This document shows, piece after piece, positions 45,885 through 56,120 of a stretch of 64,000 nt of DNA. The position numbers and the translations under genes are program-made. The notes beneath the pieces are model-generated. The model made no database searches. It had not been told where the DNA came from and saw nothing but the letters and a program-made list of their open reading frames with translations. This DNA is from a virus (lineage: Duplodnaviria > Heunggongvirae > Uroviricota > Caudoviricetes), in the IMG/VR virus record IMGVR_UViG_3300025678_000001. One strand, given 5' to 3'. How positions within the stretch are numbered: the first letter of the stretch is position 1; each line of letters starts with the position of its first letter.

Positions 45885-48800
45885 TTAGAGATTACAACTT
45901 GTTAAGTCATTGAAGAAGTCATCAGCCTTACTATCAAAGTTATCACTTTTTTCTGTAGAACTTAAGATTTGGTCTACAATATTTTGGGAGACTTCTTCCT
46001 TGTTTATGGCCGATACGTCAAACTGATCGGTATAGGTTTCTTTTGTTTCCTTATTTTCCTTGACTTCTTCAGCAGGATTACTGGTTTCCTCAGTTGTTGT
46101 TTTGCCTTGGAACCTGTTACGGATCTCTTTGGCGGCACCAGTAAAGTCTTTCCACTGCTGATAGTTTGCCGGGGTCTCAACTCCGTTCTCTTTAGCATCA
46201 GCATAGTACTTATCGTATCCTTCCTTGAGTGCTGCTTCTAAAGCCTGGTTTTCTCCTTGTTCAGGCTCAACGCCCATGTACTTATTCGTGGCGTCCTTGA
46301 TATCCTTTAAGGAGTCAGTCACTTTCATCCCCAGGACTTTCTCTACAAACTCTTTAAGCTCAGGTCTTGTAGCCAGGGCAGTACTATTCGTAAGTCCTTG
46401 AATACTAGCAGCTTCAAAGTTCCAGTCTTTTTTCTCACCCGGAGTCTCTTGCTTTTTCTCTTCTGCGGCCGGGGTAGGTGTAACTGGTTGCTCAGGAGCT
46501 TTCTCTTCTGGCTTTTCTTCCGGGTTCGGAATAGAGTTTATCTCCTCACGATGTTCTTCCTGGAGTCTCTTACCAGCTTCTGCAATAGAGCTCTTAAAGG
46601 ACTCTATCAGTAGTCTGGAGTTGTGGGGATCAGCCAGGATGTTCATAGCATCTATGAATACCTTATTGTCCCGGTTCAGCTGGATATAGTCGATGATCTT
46701 CGTAAAGGTCTCTTCCATGTCCTCGATGGAAATCCGGGTATCCTTCTGCTCAGTTTTGTTGTAGAAGTTCACCAGGTCCTCATACGCACTGTAGATCTTA
46801 CGGACAGATCCTTCCGGGAAGTAAGATTCGTTCATATGAGTCTGCATGTCCTCATAGGCATCTTTCCATGTCTGAGCAAGCTTCAGTTCTTTTTTCTTCT
46901 CACGTTCGATCTTTCTTTGATCTGCGGACATTGGACCAGCCTGTTCGTACATCTTCAGCTCTTTCTCAAGCCCAGCTACGTGATCATTGATGGCTTGTTC
47001 ACTTCCCAGTTTGGAGAGTACTTCGATAGATGAGGCCCCAATGTTCTTGTTGGCACCGATCTCTTGCTGCAGCTGAGCAGCACGTTTCGTAGCCTGACGA
47101 GCTTTGAACACGTTTGTTGTAAGCATCTCTATAGCCTGGTCCTGAGCAAACTTGGCAAGCTTTACTCGTTCGTACTCTTCAGGCTTGTTGTTCTTGTAGA
47201 GTTCCGGGATGATCCGGTCTCCGTATTTATCCTGCAGGTTGTGATACAGAGTATGATACTCATCCATCTGGTTCACAACTTTGTTCAATAACTCGTTGAC
47301 ATTCTGACGATTGTCTTTTCCAGGTTCCATGTTGAACGCTGTCTTGAACTCTTCGTCAGTCATTTCTTTTCCAAACTCAACCAGGGTATCTCTAAAGGAG
47401 TCATAGAGGTTGAGTTTGATAGCGGAAGCCATGGCCTTTGCAAACGCAGAGTCCTTAGCATTGTAGTACGTATACCGGTCATGGTTGGCCGCAGCTTCTT
47501 CCATGGTCTGGACAGCACGGTTCTGAACCTTTACGTTTGCAATCTGCTCTTTTACGTAAGCTGTAGGATCAGAATAGTATGTGTTTACTAGGCTGATAGC
47601 TTCAGCTTTCTTAGCTTCATGCTCTTTGGCACCCTTGGTAAGCTTTACTTTACCCATGGCATAAGAGAAAGGAGCAATCAGTCGACCGGTTAAGGCCCCC
47701 ATAAGGAAGGTCTTAGCTCCTTCTATGTCAGTGAGTGGATTCTGGATACTTGCCAGAACACGATCTAGCCTATCACCGTAACCCTTCTTACCATGATACA
47801 GATCATAGTAGTAATCACTTAAGCCCTGATTTGATGCGTTCTGTATGAGTTCCTGAGCACCCTCAGATCCTTCAAACTTCATCAGACCAAGACCTACTGA
47901 TTTAGTAGCTTCCCAAGCTGCAGTCCTTCTACCAAAAGTTTTAGCAATGTCCGGTATAGCTCCAAGTCGGCCGATAAAACCTTTCTCGTAAACTTTACGA
48001 ACGGTCTTTCCTCCTACTTTACCAACTACTTCAAATGCATCCTCTTCAAAAGGAGCAACTCCCTCAGCAAAGATCTTCCGGGTAGTATTGAAGTTCTTAA
48101 ACATGTTATCGAACTGGATCCGGTTCATCACACTAAGAACACCAATGTTCGTCCAGAAGTTATCTGAAGACGCATTCTCAGCTGTCTGACGAAGCTTTTC
48201 CAGTTCGGTCTGGTTCGGTTCTCGACCGTATGTAGTAGCAAACTCTTTTGTCAGTTTATCCTCTAGATCGTGGTAAGTAGACGCTGCTTCAAAAATAGCT
48301 TCTGAGCGGGCCATGTTGAACATGCTTAGCTCACGCTTAATACCACCCAGACCAATAAGGCCCAGTTGTAAAGTACCGGCACCGGCTTTACCAAGCTTCA
48401 CCATATCCTGTGCAGTACCATAGAGAGGTACCATAACACGAGGAATATTTCTTAGAGCATTTGTAACACGTTCACTATTGCTGATAACCTTCTGAGCTTT
48501 TCTGGTGTTGTTTAGTAGTTCAGCTACATCAACAAACTCTGTAAGACCACGAGCTTTTGCAAAGCCACCTGCTGCTGCAGATATAGCTTTACCGATCCAA
48601 CCTCCAGCATACATTTCCAGCGCAGCTTGACCCATGGCTCCCACAGCAAACCCAGCTTGTTGGAGCATGTTACCAAAGAACTGACGATTCATTAAAGAGT
48701 CCTCAGATTGCTCTGTATCGTAGATAGCATACTTATTGAAGATAGCCTGTTGTTCTTTGGCCATGTCGTATCTTTCCTGTTCGGAACCCATCAGTTTAGA

Positions 48801-49373
48801 TCCATCCCAGGTAAAAAGAGCTTCAGCCATTCTACCCCAGCCTTTCCAACCTTCAATAAAAGTATCCCAGGCTAGTACGCTACCACCACCAAGAGCTTTA
48901 CCAATTGTTTCTCCCCAGGTCATGGCACGACCATATCTGTACTCTTGTTCAGAGCCTAGACTAGGAACATATCCAAACTTTTGGAAGTTACGAGAGTCTT
49001 TATAACGCTCAAGCTCAGATATTGGTCCGAGATACTCCGGTGCTGAACTAGCTTTTAGTGTAGCCTTTTGAGGATTCAGAGCACCATATAGTTTTGAGTA
49101 AGACTCTTCCTGGTTGAAATTATATCCAGGTCCGGATGGAATGTTAGGATTACCCTGATTCAGAAGTTGACGACTCATTTCGTCGTAACTCTCAATCTGC
49201 TTTATGAGATCAGTGATGCTATCACCGGGCATAGAGATGCTGTTAGCATAGTCTTGTTGAGACTGGATAAAAGCACTCTCGTTCTTATAATCCTGGATGA
49301 CAGGAGATACAAGCGAACCTGATGAAGGATCACCAGGTAAGTACATGCCCGGATCTATCTTGAAGTTTTCCAT
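45885..49373 (-). CDS. 1162-aa ejection protein with Gly/Ala-rich membrane segments
   Basis: Hydrophobic G/A-rich helices in the N-terminal half, helical body, P/E-rich linker; adjacent to the vRNAP. Confidence 0.65.
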   Translation of the reverse strand: MENFKIDPGMYLPGDPSSGSLVSPVIQDYKNESAFIQSQQDYANSISMPGDSITDLIKQIESYDEMSRQLLNQGNPNIPSGPGYNFNQEESYSKLYGALNPQKATLKASSAPEYLGPISELERYKDSRNFQKFGYVPSLGSEQEYRYGRAMTWGETIGKALGGGSVLAWDTFIEGWKGWGRMAEALFTWDGSKLMGSEQERYDMAKEQQAIFNKYAIYDTEQSEDSLMNRQFFGNMLQQAGFAVGAMGQAALEMYAGGWIGKAISAAAGGFAKARGLTEFVDVAELLNNTRKAQKVISNSERVTNALRNIPRVMVPLYGTAQDMVKLGKAGAGTLQLGLIGLGGIKRELSMFNMARSEAIFEAASTYHDLEDKLTKEFATTYGREPNQTELEKLRQTAENASSDNFWTNIGVLSVMNRIQFDNMFKNFNTTRKIFAEGVAPFEEDAFEVVGKVGGKTVRKVYEKGFIGRLGAIPDIAKTFGRRTAAWEATKSVGLGLMKFEGSEGAQELIQNASNQGLSDYYYDLYHGKKGYGDRLDRVLASIQNPLTDIEGAKTFLMGALTGRLIAPFSYAMGKVKLTKGAKEHEAKKAEAISLVNTYYSDPTAYVKEQIANVKVQNRAVQTMEEAAANHDRYTYYNAKDSAFAKAMASAIKLNLYDSFRDTLVEFGKEMTDEEFKTAFNMEPGKDNRQNVNELLNKVVNQMDEYHTLYHNLQDKYGDRIIPELYKNNKPEEYERVKLAKFAQDQAIEMLTTNVFKARQATKRAAQLQQEIGANKNIGASSIEVLSKLGSEQAINDHVAGLEKELKMYEQAGPMSADQRKIEREKKKELKLAQTWKDAYEDMQTHMNESYFPEGSVRKIYSAYEDLVNFYNKTEQKDTRISIEDMEETFTKIIDYIQLNRDNKVFIDAMNILADPHNSRLLIESFKSSIAEAGKRLQEEHREEINSIPNPEEKPEEKAPEQPVTPTPAAEEKKQETPGEKKDWNFEAASIQGLTNSTALATRPELKEFVEKVLGMKVTDSLKDIKDATNKYMGVEPEQGENQALEAALKEGYDKYYADAKENGVETPANYQQWKDFTGAAKEIRNRFQGKTTTEETSNPAEEVKENKETKETYTDQFDVSAINKEEVSQNIVDQILSSTEKSDNFDSKADDFFNDLTSCNL

Positions 49374-49383
49374 AAAGTTTAAC

Positions 49384-52300
49384 TTACCAGCTAAGTGTCA
49401 AGTTGTTATAAAGAGAGTTACCGGAACCTGTCTGAGCTGTTTGAGCCTGTTTGTCATATGACATTTTTCTCTGCATGTACGGGAACAAAAAGTTATTATA
49501 GATCTCATTTTTCATCTCAGAGAAACTGACCTTATTCAGATCAAATGGAATAGGAGGTTGTTCAATCCAGCTATCTCCATACTTACGAGTAGTAGGATCA
49601 TACTTTGAGTATAGACGTACGGTACCTGTTTTACCACCCGGCTGATCTGACATCACAACAGCTTTCACTCCAGAACCTTCATGATAATCCATAAGGTATG
49701 GTTTGTTATTTTTGGAGTAGTCCATAAACTCGTCCATATCATCTACGTCAGCAAAGATTTTAAACACATCGTTCGACTTAGCTGTAACATTGATAGGAAA
49801 GTAGAAAGTCTTTCCAGCCACAACACTCTTGTCCTTATCACTTTTTGGTGGAGCAAAAGTTACTGACACAACCTGGTTACCTTGGTTTAGAGGAGAAGTT
49901 GTAAATAGCTTTATATCCTCAACCTCATCTTTCTTTGCCATAGCATTACGTACGGCTGCTTGTGTATCTGGATCTACATCAGAGTAATCATTTAAACCAC
50001 CACCTGAAGAAATCAGAATGTTTGAGTTAGTCTGAGTAGGAATAGTGAGTAACGTACGGATCTGTTCCTTAGGTTCGTTACGTAATTCATAAACAGCAGA
50101 ACCATATGCTCCTTCTGTATTAACAGCTGTATTGAACTCTGGAAGAGGTACTTTTTCGTTCAGTCTTTTCAGTCTATTCTGATAATCTGAAGTAGTTAAC
50201 GGAAACGTAGTAAAATCGTTAGCTAAGTAGATTCTCTTTCCATTGTAGTTGATGTAGGTACCGGGATCATCTTTAAATATATCAGCAATTGTATCAGTAC
50301 CTGCACGAAGTTTACCTACATGTTCGACCTTGATAGTTCCAGCAAGATAACCTTGAGCTATGTTTTGTTTATCCTGTTCTGTTAAAGTAACTCTTGGGTC
50401 AATGGCCCATTCAACATCCTGGTAAACAGTAGAGGGTATCTTAGCAACAATATCCTTAGCTTCCAGTAAACGTTTTGTTGGCTTACCATCAGCTGTTTTA
50501 TCATCAACCAGGATACCTGAAAAGTCCTTATTGTCTTTTACAGCATTGATTGCTACTTGAGTACCTTTATCAACAGCTGCTGATATTCTCTTTATCTCAG
50601 CCTGGTTTTTATCATACTCAAACAAACTACGTTGAGCTTGTGCTTCACGTTCATCCGTTGGCTTATAGGATTTAGCAGCAACTTTTAATAAACCAGGAAA
50701 GTCTGTACTTTCAAAAGTTTTGTTGTTCTTAAAATCTTCACGAAGATTCGTTAAGAAATCCGCGTTAGCTGTTTCATCCTGTTTAGCCCAGGCCCACATA
50801 GTTGTATAGGCACTCTTAAAAGCTGCTTGTTCTTCTTTGCTCATGGTAGCTTTATCATCCATCTGTTTTCTACCTATGTACTGTCTTATAAGACTAACAT
50901 ACTCAGGTTTTGTACCCATTCTCTCAAGAAGATATAATCCTCCAAAGGTTCCTGTTAGGTTTTGAATAGCAGCAGCCTTACTCATAGAAAGACGATCCTT
51001 AAGCTGATTCAGCTTTGTAGTTGAATTGATCTGAGTAGAACTCACATCAACAAACTCTATATCTGAAAGCTTATCTGAACCATCTGCATTCTTTTGACGT
51101 TCCCCAGTAGAGGTCTTGCCGGCCAGTTTAGCAGCAGCAGCAGCTTGTTTTACTTTAAGCTCTTCTACATCCATTTGGTTATCGAACTGATCATCCTGGA
51201 TGTTGTTCAGAGTATTAAGACTACGGTTAGCAGCAGTTAGTACGCCCAGGTACGCCTGGTCAGCTTTAATGCTCCGGGTACCGAATGAAGTACGCATGTT
51301 TGACCAACGAATGACATCTTCAGTCTCAAGCTGATTGGCATAGTAACCCTCAGGATTCTCTATGAAGCTCTTTACAAACTTATCCTTCTTTGCTGCAAAC
51401 TCTGCATCGGTAATACCATACTGATCAGCATAGTCCTTTTGTATATCATCAATCTGAGTCTTGAAGTTGTTTAGATCGTTGAACATCTTTATAGCCCGGA
51501 CTGCCTCAGGACCTTCAGGATTAGCTTTGATCTTATCAGCATTGGAAGTTTTGTAAGCTTCAAACTCAGCTCTCTGTGTAGAGAGTCTATCACTAAGTCC
51601 AGAAATGTACTCTTTCTGTCTGGCTCTGCCGGCTACATACTCACTATCACTATACTGTTTTAAGATCTCTTCTTTTGGAAGAGCTGCCATAAGAGGATTG
51701 TTACGAGCCTGGTCTATTTTGTTTTCAACCTGGGCTTGGGCCATGATCCACTTTTGCTGCTGATAGAGAGGATTAGCAGCAAGCACGCTCTTACCAAACA
51801 TCTCAGCACTTTCTCTGGTAGTTTTACCACCATTCGTAGTGACGATATAGGGTTGACCCAGTTCATCGTTCTCTACTTTATATCCCATCTCTTTTGCTGC
51901 AGCATTGATCAGATCTTGAGAATCTATGTACGCCCAGGCTTTACGACCCTGTACTTTGTAGTTGGCAATGTCTCCGTTTCCATTCTGCAGACTTTCCAGA
52001 TCTTTTTTAACCCAGTTATAGATCAGCGGGTTGAATTTTTTACGGGTAGCCAGATCTTCTGAGTTCTGCCAGCTTTCCATGGTAGAAAGCTCACGCTTAA
52101 TCCTACCAGTATGGTAGGCATCATAAACAATGGCAGGATCGGTTACGATAGGATCAAAGATGGCATTTGCAGCATTTACGTTTTGCTGTAAAGACAAATC
52201 TGAGGATGCTATCTTCTGAAGTTCTGTTTCTGCAGTCTTCAGATAGTTATCCCTGCGCTCTACGTTTATAGGGTCAGACAGATCTTTCTTCAGAGAACCA

Positions 52301-52440
52301 TATGTATTGGTCACTGCTTTAAGACCCTGTTCATATTGAGCGTCCTTTTTTCCGAGGGTGTACCGTAAAAAGCTATAGTCCGGTGTATAGAGTACCGGAT
52401 CTAAGCCCATGTCAGTTACACCTTGTATGAATGTTGCCAT
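49384..52440 (-). CDS. 1018-aa internal virion/ejection protein
   Basis: Large helical ORF between the cargo protein and the vRNAP cluster. Confidence 0.65.
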   Translation of the reverse strand: MATFIQGVTDMGLDPVLYTPDYSFLRYTLGKKDAQYEQGLKAVTNTYGSLKKDLSDPINVERRDNYLKTAETELQKIASSDLSLQQNVNAANAIFDPIVTDPAIVYDAYHTGRIKRELSTMESWQNSEDLATRKKFNPLIYNWVKKDLESLQNGNGDIANYKVQGRKAWAYIDSQDLINAAAKEMGYKVENDELGQPYIVTTNGGKTTRESAEMFGKSVLAANPLYQQQKWIMAQAQVENKIDQARNNPLMAALPKEEILKQYSDSEYVAGRARQKEYISGLSDRLSTQRAEFEAYKTSNADKIKANPEGPEAVRAIKMFNDLNNFKTQIDDIQKDYADQYGITDAEFAAKKDKFVKSFIENPEGYYANQLETEDVIRWSNMRTSFGTRSIKADQAYLGVLTAANRSLNTLNNIQDDQFDNQMDVEELKVKQAAAAAKLAGKTSTGERQKNADGSDKLSDIEFVDVSSTQINSTTKLNQLKDRLSMSKAAAIQNLTGTFGGLYLLERMGTKPEYVSLIRQYIGRKQMDDKATMSKEEQAAFKSAYTTMWAWAKQDETANADFLTNLREDFKNNKTFESTDFPGLLKVAAKSYKPTDEREAQAQRSLFEYDKNQAEIKRISAAVDKGTQVAINAVKDNKDFSGILVDDKTADGKPTKRLLEAKDIVAKIPSTVYQDVEWAIDPRVTLTEQDKQNIAQGYLAGTIKVEHVGKLRAGTDTIADIFKDDPGTYINYNGKRIYLANDFTTFPLTTSDYQNRLKRLNEKVPLPEFNTAVNTEGAYGSAVYELRNEPKEQIRTLLTIPTQTNSNILISSGGGLNDYSDVDPDTQAAVRNAMAKKDEVEDIKLFTTSPLNQGNQVVSVTFAPPKSDKDKSVVAGKTFYFPINVTAKSNDVFKIFADVDDMDEFMDYSKNNKPYLMDYHEGSGVKAVVMSDQPGGKTGTVRLYSKYDPTTRKYGDSWIEQPPIPFDLNKVSFSEMKNEIYNNFLFPYMQRKMSYDKQAQTAQTGSGNSLYNNLTLSW

Positions 52441-52493
52441 CTATTAATAATTTAAGAAAAAACTCTCTAAGTTTAAAACTAAACTTCTCAGGT

Positions 52494-55400
52494 TTACTCA
52501 CCTATATATGGGTTTTGATACGTATATGGGCCGGCTACCTGATTGGTAGTACGGTTCTGAGAGGGGTTATATGGATAGGTTGTAGTAGTTGACTTACTAC
52601 CTCCTTTTAGACCCATCATGCTCATAACGATCTCGTCTTTCTTATCCTCCGGTACACCAGTAAGTCTTGAACGAAGTGCCATATATTGAGCAAGCTGATC
52701 ACTATCACTCGGTCCGGCTCCTTTCTTGGCAGCCTGGAACGCGGCCTTTGCGTTATTAGAATCAAAGACTACTTTCTGAGTGAACGGATCTATATGGAAG
52801 TACTGACCCTCTGTTGCGTTGGTATTGAAGATGCCAGCAGCGTTTGTAAGTCCTTGGTTTACAGCCTGTACCAGAGCAGAGTCTGCCTGGTTTACAGCGT
52901 TATCATAGTTCTGGTTCAGTACCGCACGGTCTTGAGAACGAAGGAACTTGTTCTGAGCTGCCTGGGCCAGGGCTTGGTTCATGAAAGCAGCACGTTGAGC
53001 ACTGACTGCATTATATCCCTGGACGTTGGCCTGTTCAGTCTCACTGATAGCCCTATCGAGATTCTCAGCTTGTTGGCCGGCCATGAAGGACGCGTTAGCA
53101 GCAAATGACTGACTCGGTCCGTAAACACCCATAGTACCAATGGTACTGTTATAGTTGCCTTGCAGTTCTGCAGCCTTACCTCTCCAATCCATGTTTCTAA
53201 AGTCAGGCATAACTACCGGCATGTCCGGGCGTACACTACCGTACTTGTGAATGTTACCACGTTTCTTCAGAGCCAGGAACGCGTTGTTGATATCCTGCTG
53301 AGTCCACCCATAAGGAGTAGATTGGTCAGTAGGTGTGAATGTCGGTACCTGCAGATCGTTACCCTCATCATAGGTAATCTGTTTTGTAGCAGTAGTAACC
53401 TTCTCACATTTACCGGTAGTAGGGTTAAGAGCATATCCTTCCGGGCAGGTATCAGGAGTAGTAACCGATTGTGTGCTGGGTTGGTACTCCGGATTAGTCC
53501 TGATCATCTCACGCACTTTAGCATTGTGAGCTGCTTTCTGTTCAGGTGTAAGACTTCTCCACCAGGCGTTCTCGTTAGGTACATACTTCTTACCCGGAAC
53601 AGTCTTAGTAGTAGTCTGACCCTTTGTAGGATCTACCTGCTCAACATTTTGTTGATCCAGCTGCCATACTTTGGAAGTACCAAGGCGTTTGTAGCCCTGT
53701 TTTTCATAACCAGGGATCTCTGATTTCCTAACCTTTGTAGGAGTAACTTCACCTTTACTTTGATATTGTTGCAGATACCCACCAAACTTAGCCTCAGGCA
53801 TAATGCTTTCAGATACAGCAGGAATGCCGTTAGGGAAACCTTTCTGAGCTTCCTGTACCAGGGAAAGCATAGCCAGCTTTTTGTTATAGTTGTCGATCAT
53901 CATCTCAGCTGTCTTTTTACTGATAGCGTCAGCATTGTCATCCTGCAGTACAGCTTTGTACTTGTTGATGTCATATTGCTTAGCAATTGCAGCTGGTGTA
54001 ACACCACCTTTTTTAGGTGTCTTATTGAACAGAGCCAGGAGAGTCGGGTTCTTAATGGCCATCTTCTTTGTATCTGAGAACACAAAGTCACCAGGATTAG
54101 CTGCCAGCGGGGTACCACCATCAGCATGTCTTTTACCACCGATGATCATATGTTCTTTCATACCGTCGTCGTCAACGTCAGTAAGAATAGTTTCTCCTTT
54201 CTCGGCTTCAATTGTAGCCATAGATTCAGGAACCGGTCCAATATGATTGGTTACACTCTCACTGTTAGACTCAGGCATATCAGTATAAACCCGACGTCCG
54301 CCCAGGTCAAAACCGTAGCCAAGCTGACCACCATAAGCCATCATATCAACAGGGCCTGTTTCTGAGATGAATGAGCCTCCGTTTTGAAGTTTTCCCTGCA
54401 TGTTTTTAATAAGTTTCTTTAAAGTGTTCTCATAGTTGGGATCGGTAGCATACCGATGACCGGCTGTGTTTACAAAGTTTTGAAGCAGCTGTTCTGCTGT
54501 TCTTTTCTTCAGATACTGATCAGCCATAAGATTGAAATAAGAGTTGATACCAGACTGAAGCTGACCATGTTGTACCACACTACCATCATCGGTATTTCCT
54601 ACGTTAAAAGGATTCTTTGTACGCTGGGGTTTGTTTTTACCACTACCCTTTGCTAAGTAACCCTCTGTTTGAAGCTGGGCCAGAACCAGTTCAATGGGAA
54701 CTATCTGACCTGTCTTTTGATAGGTCTGCTGGGCCCCGGCTGCAAGCATCTCACCAGTGATATCAGTATTCGGATTGATCTTCTTTATGTACTTCTCAGC
54801 CTTTTGAGCATACTGCTTAAAGTCGGCATTCAGTTCCATGGTAATTGGTGCACTCTCTGTACGAGAAGGAGCGGCTGCAGGGGTCGGCTTAGCAGATGCA
54901 ACACTTTCCGGATAGTCACCAGCATACTGATATACGTTACTTCTTACGTCCTCGTTACCAAAGGAAAGAGGACCTGAAGAAACACCACCATACTGAAACT
55001 CCGGTACATAGTAGGGCCCTGCAAACATTCCTTTACTCTTAGCTCCCGTATTGTACGGATCTACCATACCAGTATTGATCTCCCAGTCTCCACGATTCTG
55101 TGAGTAATCAACCGGACCCATGCTAACCAGGCTCTCACGGTAAGCCTTTTCCATTGCTTTACTCTGACGACGTGCGTCTAGAGTACCAAGAATAGGAGTA
55201 GCTATGTTAAGAGCTGTGTTTACAGTATCGGCTGTTTTACCGATACTTTTCCAGATGTTCTTTTTTGGAGTTACCTGTTTAGTATCTCCAAAGTCTTCCC
55301 AGGCATACTGGGCACCATTTACAACGTTTACAGCGTTGGGAGCAAAAGAAGGACCTTCGATCCCAATACCACCACCGTCTTGATGCTTCCACTTAGCAGC

Positions 55401-56120
55401 ATTTACTGCAAACTGGGCCATCTTTCTTACATGAGGGTTCTTAGAGTGTAAAGCTTCTTCGGTAGTCTTACCGGTACGCTTCTTATACTCTGTGAACTTT
55501 CCACGGTTTTCAAGTTTGATATGAATACCACCACCATCTTTGTAGAATGTATTACCAGCCCAGGTAGATCCGGTAGCTTTATGCCATTTACCATCGTTTC
55601 CAATGTACCCACCATTCTGTAAGGTCTTCTTACCTCTTACAGCCCTAGGATCAACGTCAACTAGATCTGAAGATCTTGGATCAGTATACCAGTAACGAGT
55701 ACCATCTGTTTGTACATCATTGATGGATACATAAGAGGGAAGAGTCATTGGCAGCGGTTTAACTGCCGGGCCCACGTAAGGTTTACCGGTAACAGCATCA
55801 ATATACTGAGGGATCTTATCCACGTACACGTTTTCGGCATTTGCAAGACCCCAGGACTTAGCGAACCTCTTTGCTTCAAGGTTGGCTTTTTCTAAGGTCA
55901 TAGCTCCACCCTGCTGCATCATAGGATATTCATCCACATGGCTAGCTCCCGGGAAAGTATACTCTCCACCGGGAAACATGATGACTTGCATACCATTACT
56001 GGCTTTAGCAAGCACTGGGTAAGACACACCTTTCATGGTGATGTTACTTCCCGGTATACGGGTTACTTCACCAGGGTAAGCCCACTGGCCACGAGGATCT
56101 GTGATAGGTTTCTTTTTCAT
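52494..56120 (-). CDS. 1208-aa cargo protein with repeated xQxGG motifs and a GH73 peptidoglycan-hydrolase domain
   Basis: LVLAQLQTEG, KNPFNVG, YATDPNY (54432-54452); eight [hydrophobic][QKA]xGG motifs; IHIKLENRGKFT module; EAEKGE...RHADGG module. Confidence 0.8.
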   Translation of the reverse strand: MKKKPITDPRGQWAYPGEVTRIPGSNITMKGVSYPVLAKASNGMQVIMFPGGEYTFPGASHVDEYPMMQQGGAMTLEKANLEAKRFAKSWGLANAENVYVDKIPQYIDAVTGKPYVGPAVKPLPMTLPSYVSINDVQTDGTRYWYTDPRSSDLVDVDPRAVRGKKTLQNGGYIGNDGKWHKATGSTWAGNTFYKDGGGIHIKLENRGKFTEYKKRTGKTTEEALHSKNPHVRKMAQFAVNAAKWKHQDGGGIGIEGPSFAPNAVNVVNGAQYAWEDFGDTKQVTPKKNIWKSIGKTADTVNTALNIATPILGTLDARRQSKAMEKAYRESLVSMGPVDYSQNRGDWEINTGMVDPYNTGAKSKGMFAGPYYVPEFQYGGVSSGPLSFGNEDVRSNVYQYAGDYPESVASAKPTPAAAPSRTESAPITMELNADFKQYAQKAEKYIKKINPNTDITGEMLAAGAQQTYQKTGQIVPIELVLAQLQTEGYLAKGSGKNKPQRTKNPFNVGNTDDGSVVQHGQLQSGINSYFNLMADQYLKKRTAEQLLQNFVNTAGHRYATDPNYENTLKKLIKNMQGKLQNGGSFISETGPVDMMAYGGQLGYGFDLGGRRVYTDMPESNSESVTNHIGPVPESMATIEAEKGETILTDVDDDGMKEHMIIGGKRHADGGTPLAANPGDFVFSDTKKMAIKNPTLLALFNKTPKKGGVTPAAIAKQYDINKYKAVLQDDNADAISKKTAEMMIDNYNKKLAMLSLVQEAQKGFPNGIPAVSESIMPEAKFGGYLQQYQSKGEVTPTKVRKSEIPGYEKQGYKRLGTSKVWQLDQQNVEQVDPTKGQTTTKTVPGKKYVPNENAWWRSLTPEQKAAHNAKVREMIRTNPEYQPSTQSVTTPDTCPEGYALNPTTGKCEKVTTATKQITYDEGNDLQVPTFTPTDQSTPYGWTQQDINNAFLALKKRGNIHKYGSVRPDMPVVMPDFRNMDWRGKAAELQGNYNSTIGTMGVYGPSQSFAANASFMAGQQAENLDRAISETEQANVQGYNAVSAQRAAFMNQALAQAAQNKFLRSQDRAVLNQNYDNAVNQADSALVQAVNQGLTNAAGIFNTNATEGQYFHIDPFTQKVVFDSNNAKAAFQAAKKGAGPSDSDQLAQYMALRSRLTGVPEDKKDEIVMSMMGLKGGSKSTTTTYPYNPSQNRTTNQVAGPYTYQNPYIGE

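Noticed and set aside
51120-51160. gcagcagcagcagc microsatellite
   Set aside because: Encodes a short Ala run (KQAAAAAK) in a helical protein; no sign of phase variation
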